Assembly (NCBI GenBank): GCA_048213135.1
Contig: PS015191.1
Span: 89,920-123,045, forward strand
Length of the DNA stretch: 33,126 nucleotides
Reading direction: 5' to 3'
DNA from: Reclinomonas americana ATCC 50394
Lineage: Eukaryota
Translations under genes and position numbers: made by a program
Shown here: piece by piece, positions 10,401 to 23,100 of the stretch
Layout of the letters: the number at the start of each line of letters is the position of its first letter
Numbering within the stretch: the stretch's first letter is position 1
The notes under the pieces: generated by a model
Told to the model about the DNA's origin: nothing
The model's database searches: none
Seen by the model: only the letters and a program-made list of their open reading frames with translations

Positions 10401-13400
10401 CTGGAGGGCCACTTGCAGGAGACCGAGGCGTCGCTGAAGGCCAAGACGATACGTGTCACTGAGTTGATGGATGAGGTATACACGCGACGTTGTGCAAAAG
10501 TAAGTGTGTGTACGCATGTAGTGCTGACACCTCCGCATCTGCAGCGTGCACAATTGAAGAAGGAAGTGTTGCGACTGAGCACGGAACGCGAGACTGGCTC
10601 ATTGTCGCGACACGAGTTCGACACGATGACGGAGCGGTATCGAGTTGCGTTGTGCTTTCGATTTCCGTGTGGATGGCTTCATGTGTTCCTTTGCTGAACT
10701 GCGCGCGTTGCAGCAACTGGAATCCACACATTTGCGTGCTCAGGACCAACTGGCCAGTCTGCAGACGCGCTACGCAGAACTCGAGCGCGAGCTGTCGGAC
10801 AGCAAGCTGAGTGATGTGGAGCAGGAGCAGCGTATCCGCGAGCTGGAGACGGAGGTGTGGTATCGGTTTTTTTGCTTTCGGCCACTGTGTGTGTTCCATT
10901 GTCTGACCGTGCTGGGTCTTGCAGAACCGCAAGTTGGCGGAGCGAATGCGACACTCGGAGCCGCTGTCCGATCGTCTCAAGTCGTCGGAGCAGGAGCTTG
11001 CGCGTTTGCAGGCCCGCCTAAAGGTGCGTGTGCGTGGCTGGCCACACTGTGTTCTCGCTCTTCTAAAGTGTTGCGGCGCAGATTTCGGAGACCGAGCGAG
11101 AGCACCTGTCCACCGTGCTCAACTCGTCACATCGCGACCAGTCGCAATCGTCGGTGATTATCGACGAGCTGCGTCGGTTGAATAGCAGCCTCGAAGACAA
11201 GGTGGCGCTGTACGAGGTGCGTCTGGCGGAAATGGACGAATTGCAGTCGCTGCTGAAGCGTGTGGACTCGGAGAAAGTGGAGTTGGCGCGCGAGAGCGAG
11301 CACGCGAAGGCGATGCGGATGAAATTGGCACGAACTGAGGAGCAAGTCGCGGTGCGTCTTCTTACGCATGTCGCCGTCCACCAAGCATTTATGCTCACTT
11401 TCCTTCTTGTGTCCCGCCACCAGGCTGCCGATCGGGAACGCACTCGACTGCAAGCCGAAATGAACAGCAGCCGACTGCGCAACGACGACTTGGAGCGTCA
11501 GGTGGTGGAGTTGCAGCAGCGCCTGTTTGACCGCGATCACGCAGCGACAGCTGCCGAGGAGACCACTCACCGGCTGGAGGAGCGCGTTCGCCACTTGGAA
11601 AACGTGCGCAGTTCTGCCGAGGGCACCAAGAGCGATTTGTCGCGCCTCCACGATCAGCTGCATGAGTTGGCACTTGAGCGTGACCGGTTCCAACGCGAGT
11701 TCGCTACCGAGTCGAAGCGCAGCCTGGCCAAGGACACGACCATTGAGGAGCTCCGATCGCAGGCCGAGGTGCTGCAGGGCCGCTACGAGGCCGCCTTGGA
11801 GCAGCACATGCAGGCGCAGGCACAACTGCGTGCCGAGTTGGAGTCGCAGCGACACGGCCACGAAACGCAGCGTCGCGACTGGGAGCTGAAGCTGGAGGAA
11901 ATGCGTGCACAGTTGCTCGCGGCGAAGCGCGAGGCAGAAGGCACTCGGCTGGAGCTGCAATTGCATCAGGAGGAGCACGTGCGCGAGTTGTCTCGACTGC
12001 GGGAAAATATTGAGCGAGAGCAGACTGCCAATGTGCGCCTGCAGGAGCGGCTCGACTCGGTTGCGTCTCTCGTGTCCGCGAGAAGAGGTGTGCGACGGCC
12101 CGTGCAACTCACTCTTCACTTGTGTGCCACACAGTTTGCCACCGACTCGGTGGGTGAGTCGACTCGCCTTCATGCTCGTCAGGTTCAGCTGGAGGGCCAG
12201 TTGTCGTCACGCACTCTGGAAGTCGATCGCCTGACGACGGAGCTCAAGTCGACGCAGGAGGTTTGTATGTGTGATTGCATGCCTCGCAGTTCTCCTCTTC
12301 AACAGACACTAACGTGCTTGTGCGCGCGCTGCCATAACAGGCGCTGTCGGCGCAGCTCGAAGAGGTGGCTCGGCTGCAGGTTGATTGCGCTCGCCTGCAG
12401 GAGCTGGTCTCCACGTCGTCCATTCGCGAGCAAGAGCAGCGGAAGGCATGGGAGGAGAAGCTGCATCATTTGGAGCTGCAGTTGCAAACGGAGCGACAGA
12501 ACTTTGTCAAAGCCAAGGACCAGTGGCGACAGGGCGAGGATGCGCTGAGTGGCGACAATCAGCAGATGCGAGCGGCGTTCAGCAAGGTGTCGGCCGAGCT
12601 GGATGCGTCTCGCTCTCGCGTGCACGATCTGGAACGCGAGGTTGCCAGTCTGCACAAGGCGGAGGCTGACTTGCGTCTGGACTTGCAAAAGAAGAACTCG
12701 GCGTTGCGTCGCGGCGGATCTTGCTGTTTTCCCATGTTCACTGTTTGTGTGTCGACTCTGATTGCGTGCGCATTTCATGCTGCAGGCTGGCCGAGTCCAT
12801 GGGAGAGCGACAGCAGTTGGAGCAGCAGTTTGCCATTGAAAAGGAACGCCTCAACAACGAGCACGTGGTGCTGCAAAAGGAGGTTGGCCGCCTGCGTGGT
12901 GTGGACACGGATCTGACGGCGGCACGAGGCGAGATTTCGCGACTTGAGCGGCGTGCACGCGAGCTGGAGACGCGGCTCAATGAGGTTTTGTGTTTCTTCC
13001 GCCCATGTCTTTTATCGCCACCCAGTTGCATCATGTCTCACCTGTACTCGTCGCCACGCCAGCTGGTGGATCGAGCGGACGAGGCTGCCGCGGCGCACAA
13101 GGCCGAACTGGGTCGTTTGCATCACGAGCTGGACGAGATACGACCGGCGGCACTCAAGGCGCAGGCTCTCGAGAAGGACTACGCGGAGCTGCGGTGAGTA
13201 TTCTTCACGTCGTTGCAAATCGTGGTCGATAGCTCACTTTTTTTGGTCACAGACACGCCATCATGTCGGATGCGGACCAGGAGAGTGGCACACCGACCAA
13301 GCGCAAGCACTCGAACCCGGCCAAGCAGCTGCTTGACATGCACAAGAAGGCACAGGAGCAGTTGCAAGAGCTGCGCGCGCGCAACTTGGAGCTGTCCCGC

Positions 13401-15323
13401 GACTGCATGGCACTCAGCGAGGAGCGCAAGGAGATTCGCAATCTGTTGGAGGCCAAGGTTTCGTGATGATTGTGTGCTTGGAGGGAGTCAATTCTGTTGT
13501 GCGTTCTGACACGTGCGCGCGCGCGTTGACAGGTCTATCAGCTGCAGGACGAGAAGAATGCGCTGGAGGTGGAGAATCATCGGCTGGCCGGTGTGGAAGC
13601 GCAATACAAGCGAGCATCAGTGGAGCTGGAGGAGTGGCGCAATCGGGCCATTGTTGCTGAACGGCAGTTTCGTGGTGGACTCCTCATCGTTGGCATTTAT
13701 TGCATGTTTCTCATCCTTCGCGTCAGACTGGAGTCGGCGACCATGTCACATTCGTCGCTGGAGAAGGATGCGCGATCATCGCAGCTCGACGCCAACCGAC
13801 TGAGCGAGGAGGTGGAACGACTGCGGGTGGAGAAGGCGCGCAAGGAAGAGGTTATCTCGCACCAGGTGGAGGAGTTGAGGTCGCTGCGTGAGGCGCACGA
13901 TGCACTGAATGCCACGCTGAATGACGAGAGCGCTCGGAGGGCGCGACTGGAGGGTGCGTGTAACTACCCCGCGTCTCCCATCCTTTTCTCTCTGCCGTCT
14001 CAAGCAGTGTGTCGCAGCAGGCACGAAGAGCAAATCGGAGGAGGAGCTCGTCTGGAAGGTGCAGCAGCTGCGAGTGCAAAAGGACAGCGCCGAGCGCCGC
14101 CTGCGTGAGAAGTCTGCCGACATGACCAAAGTGGAGGAGGAGCTCAAGTCGTGGAAGACAGTGGCCAACGAAGAGAGCAACGCACGCAAGCGCTGGGAGC
14201 AGCGCTGTGTGGAGCACGAGACCGCGCTGAAGCGACTGCAGGGTCAGATTTCGGGATTGCGCGAGCAGAAGCGCAAGGCCGAGACGGAAGCGCAGCACAT
14301 GAAGAAGGAGCTGCAGGTACGCAACACATGGTCGTGGCTGTTTCTTTTGTTCCGTGATCCTCACACTCCGAGTGTCTGTCTGCAGTTTGAGCGCGAGCGC
14401 TCCAAGCGGAGGGAGGGCCTGCAAGAAAAGGACCGCACCCGCTCGCGCAGTGCCAACTCGCGGGGTCGGTCGTCAAGTGAGACTGTGGACGAGGTGGGCG
14501 GGCTGGTGCGGGGCACATATGCATTGAGCGTTTTTTGTTGTTTTTATTGGGACCATTCTCGTTGCGCTTACTCTCGGTCTGTTGCTGCTGCACAGGCGGG
14601 TGCCACCAATGCCCTGAATCGTGCACAACACGAGCTGGCCAACCAGGAGCGTCTTCGTGAGGACCTGGACGACGTGCAACGCATCTTGGAGGACGAGGTC
14701 CGCAACAGCGGCAACCGATCGCTGGATTCGAGTTTCGACATGGAGCAACTGCGCGGCTCGCCCGTCATCCAGGAGAGCAGCTATGTGTCGATGTGAGTAC
14801 CACGTCGGGTGCGCGATTCACACTGTGGAGCCGGCGTCTCATCTTGTTGTGTGATTGCAGTCCATCGCTCGGTGTCGCTCTGCACGGCGCCCCGGCACCG
14901 TTCTCCAGCCCACAACCCGCCGCCGGTCGCCACTCGTCGCCAGCCACACGGCAGTCGCCACCTGGACCTGTGCTGATGTCGTCGCCAGCAGCGCCGCGTG
15001 TCCTCTCCATGTCGGGCACATCTACCACGGTCTCCGGTCATGGGACCATCACGCGCACGGTGAGCAACAGCAGCGTGCACTCCAGCAGCAGCAGCATCAT
15101 GTCGGCGTCGCACAATTCCGCCGCCGCTCCGAACCGCCCACCGTCGCGGCCCACCAGCGCACCGCGACGACCGTCGCCAGGCGTGAACAGTCGCCGTGTG
15201 GGTGGTGGGTACACCACGGGCGATGCCGACGCGTCTGCGTTGAGCAACTCGACTTCGTCACTCCGTATGAGTGGCGGTTCGTTGTCGTCGTCGCACGAGA
15301 AGAGTGTGCGTTTCCCGACGTGA
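7455..15323 (+). CDS. Large (~2000 aa) coiled-coil protein with S/R/P-rich disordered ends, about 24 exons; cytoskeletal/centrosomal-like, function unknown
   Basis: E/R/L/Q/A-rich heptad exons from ~8815 to ~14700, linked in frame by about 23 GT-AG introns, ending HEKSVRFPT*. The first two small exons and the start at 7455 are tentative. Confidence 0.75.
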
Positions 15324-15605
15324 GTCTGCGTTTTTTTATTTTTTTGGTGGAGCGCAGGCCTTGTTTCTTCTGCGTATTTTTCTCTTTCTTTTACAGTGGT
15401 TTAACGACGTATCAAAGTGTATGCTTACTTGATGTTTTAATTGTAGCAAGACGCAAAAGCACCACACCTGGATAGCTGTTAAAGGAAGAGCAGTGACACA
15501 CCAAGCGCCTGCTCGTTGCCGGAAAACGAGCCAGAAATCAAAGCTTGTCGCGTCTTCGGCACGACAGGACAACCTTGCATCTTCCGTCATCCACGAGCGA
15601 CCACC

Positions 15606-17134
15606 ATGCGCCTTCTTGTGAGCATCATGTCAGCCACACTCCTCTCCAGACGTCTTGCACAGTTGTCTCACTGCACACGCGCTCTCCCTCCCTCTCTCTC
15701 AGATGCGTCCCACAAGACTCGCACTTGCCGCCATCACCGCCGGCGGTGCTGCCTCACTCTACCTGCTCGGCAGTGGCGGGCACAGAGCATCCCACTCCAC
15801 CTCCTCCGCCGCGGTCGCGCTGCATGCCAGCACGGCGGCGGAGCAATCGATGACGCCCACAGATTCCGAACTCGGGAGCTGGGTGCACAATGTGCGCATC
15901 GTTCTCGACCAGTCGCACGTGGTGCTGTCGTCGCAGCAGGCGGCGCAGTTGAGCACGCTGGAACTGATGGCCTCGCGCAGTCAGCGGCCAGTGGATTCCC
16001 AGTCGGTGATTTCCGCGCGGCGTGTGGCACAGGCGATTGATCACACCTTGTTGCGACCGACCGCCTCCACCGAAGATGTGGTGAAGCTGTGCACGGAGGC
16101 GCGAGCGCATCACTTTGCCGCCGTATGTGTCAATCCGGTGTATGTGCGACTGGCGGCACACGAACTGAAGAGCACGCCGGAGATTCATGTGGCCGCTGTT
16201 GTGGGATTTCCGCTTGGCGCTTCGTGCACGAGTGTCAAGGTCTTTCTTTTTGTGGCCATGATGGTGCCGCGAGGCAGTGGTCACTCACTCACTCATTCAT
16301 TCACTCTCTCATTTCCCCTCGTCAGGCTCACGAGGCGACAACATGCGTTCGGGACGGAGCTCATGAAATCGACATGGTGTGCCTTCCGTGTGTGACATTC
16401 ATCGTGTCGCCCGCGCCATGACACGGTTTCTGTTATCGCAGGTGTTGAATATTGGTGCACTGAAGGAGGGCAATCTGCCGCTGGTGTTGCACGACATTGA
16501 GCAGGTGGTGAAAGCCGCTCGTGCTGCGTCACCCAAGGTATTGTTGTTCGCCCTCCATTGCAGCTGGGTGATTGGGTTTAACAGGGGCGCTGTGAATGTG
16601 CGGCAGAGTGTGGTCAAGGTGATCATGGAGACGGGATACCTGGCACCACGTGAAGTGGTGCAGGCGTGTGTGATATCGGTGCTTGCCGGTGCCGATTATG
16701 TGAAGACAAGCACTGGTTCGTTGGTCGCGCAGAGTGATGTGTGTGTGTGTGTTATTCCAACCCCATATCAACACACAGGCTTTGCCGCTGGAGTGCCGGC
16801 GGCCACGCCTGAAGTGGTCACTCTCATGAAGCGCACTGTTGGCGAGCTGGCCAAGGTCAAGGCGGCCGGAGGTAAATGATGATAGAGACCCTCGTGCCTG
16901 GTCATTTTGCGCTTGTTGACAAACCGCCTTGTCCTCTCGCTGCACAGGCGTGCGCACGACTGAAGCAGCCATGGACATGATTCGACGTGGTGCTGATCGC
17001 ATCGGTATGTTGCGCTTTTTTTCGCTTCTATATACCTACGAAGCAACTCACGTGCTCTGTGTGCAATGGTGATAGGCACCAGCAGCGGAGTTGCTCTTGT
17101 GAAAGGCGCAGCGACTGCTTCGACGGGATACTGA
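15606..17134 (+). CDS. deoC: Deoxyribose-phosphate aldolase (type 1 DeoC) with N-terminal extension, 8 exons
   Basis: Motifs IDHTLLRP, AVCVNP, VGFPLGA, EIDMVLNIG, VKVIMETGYL, GADYVKTSTGF, VKAAGGVRT, GADRIGTSSG and a C-terminal Tyr. The start is 15606 (exon MRLL, intron 15618-15702) or 15703. Confidence 0.92.
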
Positions 17135-17180
17135 GAGCATCGGAGACAGCGATTGGTGCAAAACAATTGATTAATGAAAA

Positions 17181-20100
17181 TCACAAAAAAAGGGCTATAA
17201 CAACAGCAGAAACAAGGCTAGAGATTAAGATGGTGCGGAGGGCGGCGGCAGGAAATCCGCCGACCGCCGCTTGATTAGTTGTGGCACTGATGCGCGTCGA
17301 GGCACTTGGCGGCTGTGTGAACCATTTTTGCAATGTCAGCAAGAATTCACGCAACTTCATCAACCACACAACGGCACGCAACAGACGAGCCGTAGCCATT
17401 GATGGCGCGCACAGTGACCGAGTATGAAACATTCTGCAGTGCAGTCAGTTGGCGAACCCAAGCAGGCAGAGAAGAGAGAGAGAGAATGGTTGGACATACC
17501 GGCTGGAGAGCAGACAAGGTGGCGACGAAACCGTCACCAGTGGTGATACCGTCGTCGGGGCGGACATAGGCCTGCACCGATGGCCAGTTGCCGTCTGGCA
17601 CCGCGACGACTAGGTATTGCAACAGCACACCACGGCCGATGCTGGCCGGATTCGACCACGTGAGCCGCACTGCAGTGCGACTGAGTGCTGACAACACTGT
17701 GACGGCCTGCGGAGCAGATGGAACGGGATCTACGGCGAAAAAAGTCAGGCACTCAAATCGAGGCGAAAGCACAGCATGTAAAAATTGGTTGTTGACGTAC
17801 CTCGCGTGCGCTGAGTGACAATTGGAATCGACAGAGGCCCGTGTGCTCCCGCAGCGTTGCGAGCCACCACGTACACCGTGTACGCAGCAGTTGGAACGAG
17901 TGATTCGACGAATGCACACAAACTGTCGCCGACATCAATACTCTTCATCTCCATGCCGTCGTCAAACAGCTCGTCACTGCACGTCGACAAGTGAGAGACG
18001 AACACACAGCAGTGCGACTCGTGCGGATTCGTTTGTCACCTGTCGGGAAGCGTACGCTGAACCACTCGATAGTAGATGACCACATATGCAGCAGCATTGA
18101 CCGCCGGCAACCACGTCACACGAATCGTCTGCATACCTCGGATGTGAGCACTTGGAAAAACACACAAGCAATGCCACGGTACGCAACGTCATATGTCGTC
18201 TCCTGCACCTGGAGTGATTCAACGGCCTCAGGAGTGTCTGCATGCAGTCGAACACGTCAGCCACCACCTCCCATCGGGTGCGAGCAACTTGTCTCTCACT
18301 CTTCTGGCACTCACCTGGGTCTCCTGGGGGCTCGGCCTGCGTGAACGCGGCAGGCGAGTCATCACTCTCGCCAACACTGTTGATGGCCGTCGCGCGTGCC
18401 CGATACAGCGACCCAACGGCCTTCGTCTCCAGTGTGTACGAGCGTGCCGATGATCCGAGTTTCACTGGCGCAACGGCGTCGTCACCAACAGTCTTGCACA
18501 ACTCACTGATGAGCCAGCAACTTCCACACAAAAATTGCATGCAAGCGGCACAAGTGATTCACCTCAAAGTACAGCACAAAGCCGTCGACGGGCGAGCTCC
18601 CCTGGTGACCGACTGACCAGGCGAAGTGAACGCGGGTCGTCGCACTGAATGCAGGACGCAGCAGTGGCGGCGATGGCACGCGACCGGTGCGCACCACGTT
18701 GTCGAGCCCGTTCCCTGCCGTGGCAGCGTCGACCGCAAACGAAGATGCTTGCTTCGCACCACCTGCGGCGTTTGCTGCACGCACGTCGATGCGATACTCC
18801 ATGTTTGCCGTCAAGTTTGTGAGAGTGACACTCATTCCCGTCGTCGAGACGGTGTACCCGGTCGGGTCGCTGCCGTCGAGTCGCCAACATGTGACATTGT
18901 ATGAGAGAATGGAGCCGGCGCCGCCCGTCTCCACAGGCTCATCCCACTGCAGTGCAATCTGTGACGGCAGCATATAAGACTCGGCTCACTGTACATGGTC
19001 ATTGTCGACGCAAGTCACCTGATCGGTTCGTTTGCGCGACAACACAGAGACCACCGAGTCGATGGATCCAGGCACTGAGGTTGTGCAAGATCAGGCGCAG
19101 CAAGTATGAATGGAGAACACGAAGCAGACTCACCGGCCGCTCCTGTGGAGGTGGTAACAGTGACATTGTTTGATGGCGTCGTTCCGATAAACCCATTGAA
19201 TGCGACAATGTAGAACAGACTGCCCCCGATGAATGGCAACCCGTGTCAGACTCATCAACTCTCCCCCTCTCTCTGTACACCACAACCGCAACTATGTTGT
19301 GCCGGCGGCCAGATTGTTGATTGTCCCTGTTCGCACTGCAGCGAACGATTTCGTCATGCACGGGAAGCTGCGCTTGCCATAAAAACCAGTCACTGTGGAG
19401 TTACCGGCGACGGTACCATTGACGGCATGCTATTCACCACCCACACGCACACACACAGTGCTGTCAGCGACCGATGTCAAAATGACACGCTGCGGAACAG
19501 ACCGACGCACATAATACACAATGTATTGCAAATCATCGTCGTCGAGACTCGCTTGTGTGCCGATTGAGGAATCGGTCGGAGAGGTCCACGCAAGGCGCAC
19601 AAAGCCGAATCCATGTCCCGTGACAGACAGTTCGGGCACAGGATACGGGGCTGCAAGGGTGCGTGAGAACAGTATGCCGTGGACACAAAAAGCTGCACCC
19701 CTAAGAGCATGGCACACACCAACAATGGGGTTGGCGGCGTGCGTGACACCAACAGATGCCGTGCCGACACTGGAACCAGCAACGGCCTGTATGCGGTGCT
19801 CGTATGCGAGTCCAGGAGCTGCGTGCGTCGAGACTCTTAGCCACTGAAGTGAAACGCACAGAAAAGATACACAAGTGCAGCGCACCAGTTGGGACGACGG
19901 CAGTGGTTTGCGTGCTGGGCACGACAGTGTGCCGCATGCAACTGTTCCTGTAGACCTGCACAACCTACAGAGGAGAAACAGACAATCAAAAACACAAGGC
20001 AGACATTACGCGCTGGTGACAAGTCTGCATACCCTGTAGGCGGTAATGGGACGGCCACCGCGCACGACTGGCGGAGACCATCGAAGGCCAACCGTAGCAT

Positions 20101-23100
20101 CAGAGAGGAAAGTGACCTCGAGATGTGTCGGTGCACTTGGCAACGTGGCTGTGCTTGCAGTTGCGTGAGAAGGTGCATCAGAAAAGCGAGAGGCAACACA
20201 CGCGCACAATTGGAGGGCACGGTGACCGTGATCGGCAGAGTGGCCTCGGAGGAGCCGAGTGAGTTGGTGGCACGGAGCTAGAGCGAGCAAGCATGTGAGA
20301 TATCAGACCGCAGAACGGCGCGGAAACAGGTGTGCCCACAGACGAACCAGGTAAATGTAAGTGGTGTCGCCCTGCACACTGGTGTCCGTCGCCGTGAGAC
20401 TGTCGACACCGACTGTGACCACCGACTTGAAGGCGACGCGGACAGTCGACCGCTCCAGCTGCCCCACCAATTCACGGTCAGTGTAGACTGCACGCAACAA
20501 CACACGAGAGGGGGGACGAAACAGTGTACGCGGCATTGGTAAGAAGTGGAGTGGAGCCAAAGTGTGGATTCTGCATCCATGTGAACGTGACACCATCGGC
20601 AGCCACTTTGGTGACGGTGAATAATATGGGTGGTCCGGGCAATCGCTGCTCGGCGTCGTCTGTTGTCACCTCCACCGCCTGGCGAGCACATTAAGAGAAA
20701 TCAACATCGAGAGAAGCAGAGCGCGTGTGCGGTGCAAGACTCACATTGGACAACTTGACAAAGGCGGCCGTATCGGCAGTCACCGTTAGCACGGGTACAG
20801 AGAAGGCGTTGGTGCCAGCCACTCTGCGCAGACAGCATCTGATGGTCAGTGGCCGCACAATAAGAAGACTATGGACCGACTAATGCAACTGTAGCAGGTA
20901 TGTGGTGGCAGGTTCCAGGCCCTGCACGTCGGCCACCCAACTCACTTGCGCGGCCACACTCGCCTGCGTGGCCGGCACCAGTGCAAATGATGCACTCTGC
21001 AACGTCACTTGCGGTGCAGTGGAATCCGCTAAGGTGGCGTACACGCGAAACGGCGTGTTGGCCAGCAGTTCGCCGCCGCCCAGCGACTGCGGCGCTGTGA
21101 TCTCGAGTCGCACCGACTCGGACGCCACGCGGGACACGGCGTTCACGATTGGTGCCTCCGGAATGGAACCGACACGCATCGTTGTCTGCAACAGCGAGAT
21201 GCTGATGGGTCCCACGGCGACGTTGTTGCTCAGCGCCACCGTGCAGCGGTACAGTGAATTGGGATGTAGGGCACTGCCGCCCGGCACACGCAGTCCGATC
21301 ACTGCCACTTGCGCGCCTGACACGTACTGGACCGCTGTGTATGAATGTGCTCAGTAAACAGTCGCACTCTTGCGTGCAAGCACATTATCGAAGTGGCGCA
21401 CCACTTGTGTTGAATTCGCTGTATTCCTCGCGATACTGACCAAGCGACGCCAGCACATAGTCGTTGCTGTAGAAGTTCAGATACGTTCAGATACACTCAC
21501 TGCAAGAGAAACCATGCGAGTTGCACGCGATAACAACGCACCCCGACTCGACACCAGCGATCCGCACAACTGCTCCCGACAACGCTAGAATCCCGAGCGA
21601 CAGCGGTTCAGTCCACCGCAGCACAAAAGAGACTGATGTTACCGCGGCAATCTACACACAGGCTCACGTGAGACTCGAGCAAGTCTGACGGAAAACAAAA
21701 GGCGAAATGACATCGTGTACAGACTGTTGGGGAAACAACTTTGCCAGGCGCAGAACCGGCCGCCGACAGCGACACAGTGAGCACGTTGCTGTACACTGTT
21801 GTTGCGACGTTCGACGTGGTGTTGACACGCATCTGCATGCGCCTGTGAGCAAGTGATTTGCCAACAATTCCTCTGTAAACAGAGTGGACGCACCCGTACT
21901 TGAGCCACCCGACCAACCAGACTGTCGACTCTGATCATGTTGTACCGCTGCGTCGATGAGACCGGCGCGAAACCTACGTACGACGCAGCGGTCCACGTGG
22001 CCGAGTCCACACGAACTTCAATAGTGTACGGATTGTTCGCCAGCAACGGCTCGACAATCTGCACTGGTGCCTCCCACCCAAAGGCGAACGATGAAACAGT
22101 GACCTTGCGGACCAAAGAATCGAGAGTAGGCGCGCTCAATGATGGCCCCGACGCGGCAGTTGTCGACACAGCAAATGATACGACGCTCTGACCTCGACCG
22201 GCCGCGTTTCGTGCAGCAATCTGCTCGTGACTCATGGTCAAACAAAAGGAGTGCCAACACAAACAAGCGTGCGCACGCACCGCCACCGTGTACTTGGTTT
22301 GTGGAAGAATCGGGTTGGCGACAGTGGAGGCGAAATCCAAGCGAACAAACGAGCCGTCAACCTCCGTACTCAATCCCGCCGAGTTGCCGACGAAATCCAC
22401 CTGCGGACCGCCAGATTTCAACAAACAGGCCCAGTAGCGTGCGTCAGCACCATCCGCAGTCCCCACAGGCGCAGCACCCATGTTCAGAGGAGGCCTCACG
22501 AAAATCTGTCGGACTTGTCGGTTGTCACTGAAACACACACACACACACGTGTGGACAATCGGCGCACCGAAAAGGACGAGCCGGTGATAAAGTACGCTGC
22601 CGCTGCGGTGGGTGCTTCGGGCCGACCTACTCGCAGTGCTCATCAGCGCCACGTATGACTTTTATGTGTGAATTACAGGCACACTGACTCGGAACGTAAC
22701 TGGCAGCCGTAACCCACGACACGACCGACGTACGTGGCCCAACAATGCTGGAATCCATAGTGCGCACATACGCCTGCATCGCCAGCTATGAGACTCCTCC
22801 ATACAGACAGTGGCTGCACGCATCAGGAGACAGCACTCACTTGCATCTCGTACGTGCCACCCGGCAGCAACTGACCCAGTGTACACGAGTATTGCTGACC
22901 GACAAAGACATGAGATCCGGTGAGCGACGTGCACGACACCACAGAGAATGACGAGCCGCTGCCTCCGCTGCTCGTGCGTCGAAGTTCAACAACGTAGGGA
23001 TCCGATGGCAGACTAGTGCCTGCAACGCGTGCACCCGGCGAGTTGGAGAATATCGTGCCGGCCAAGTAGTCATCGCTGATGCTTTGTACCACTGCGCGCG

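Noticed and set aside
11127-12173. Long antisense ORFs (e.g. 11127-12173 -, 376-993 -, 31176-31877 +) and ORFs running through N-gaps
   Set aside because: These are shadows of GC-rich, codon-biased sense exons or artefacts of translating N; none has a recognisable motif.
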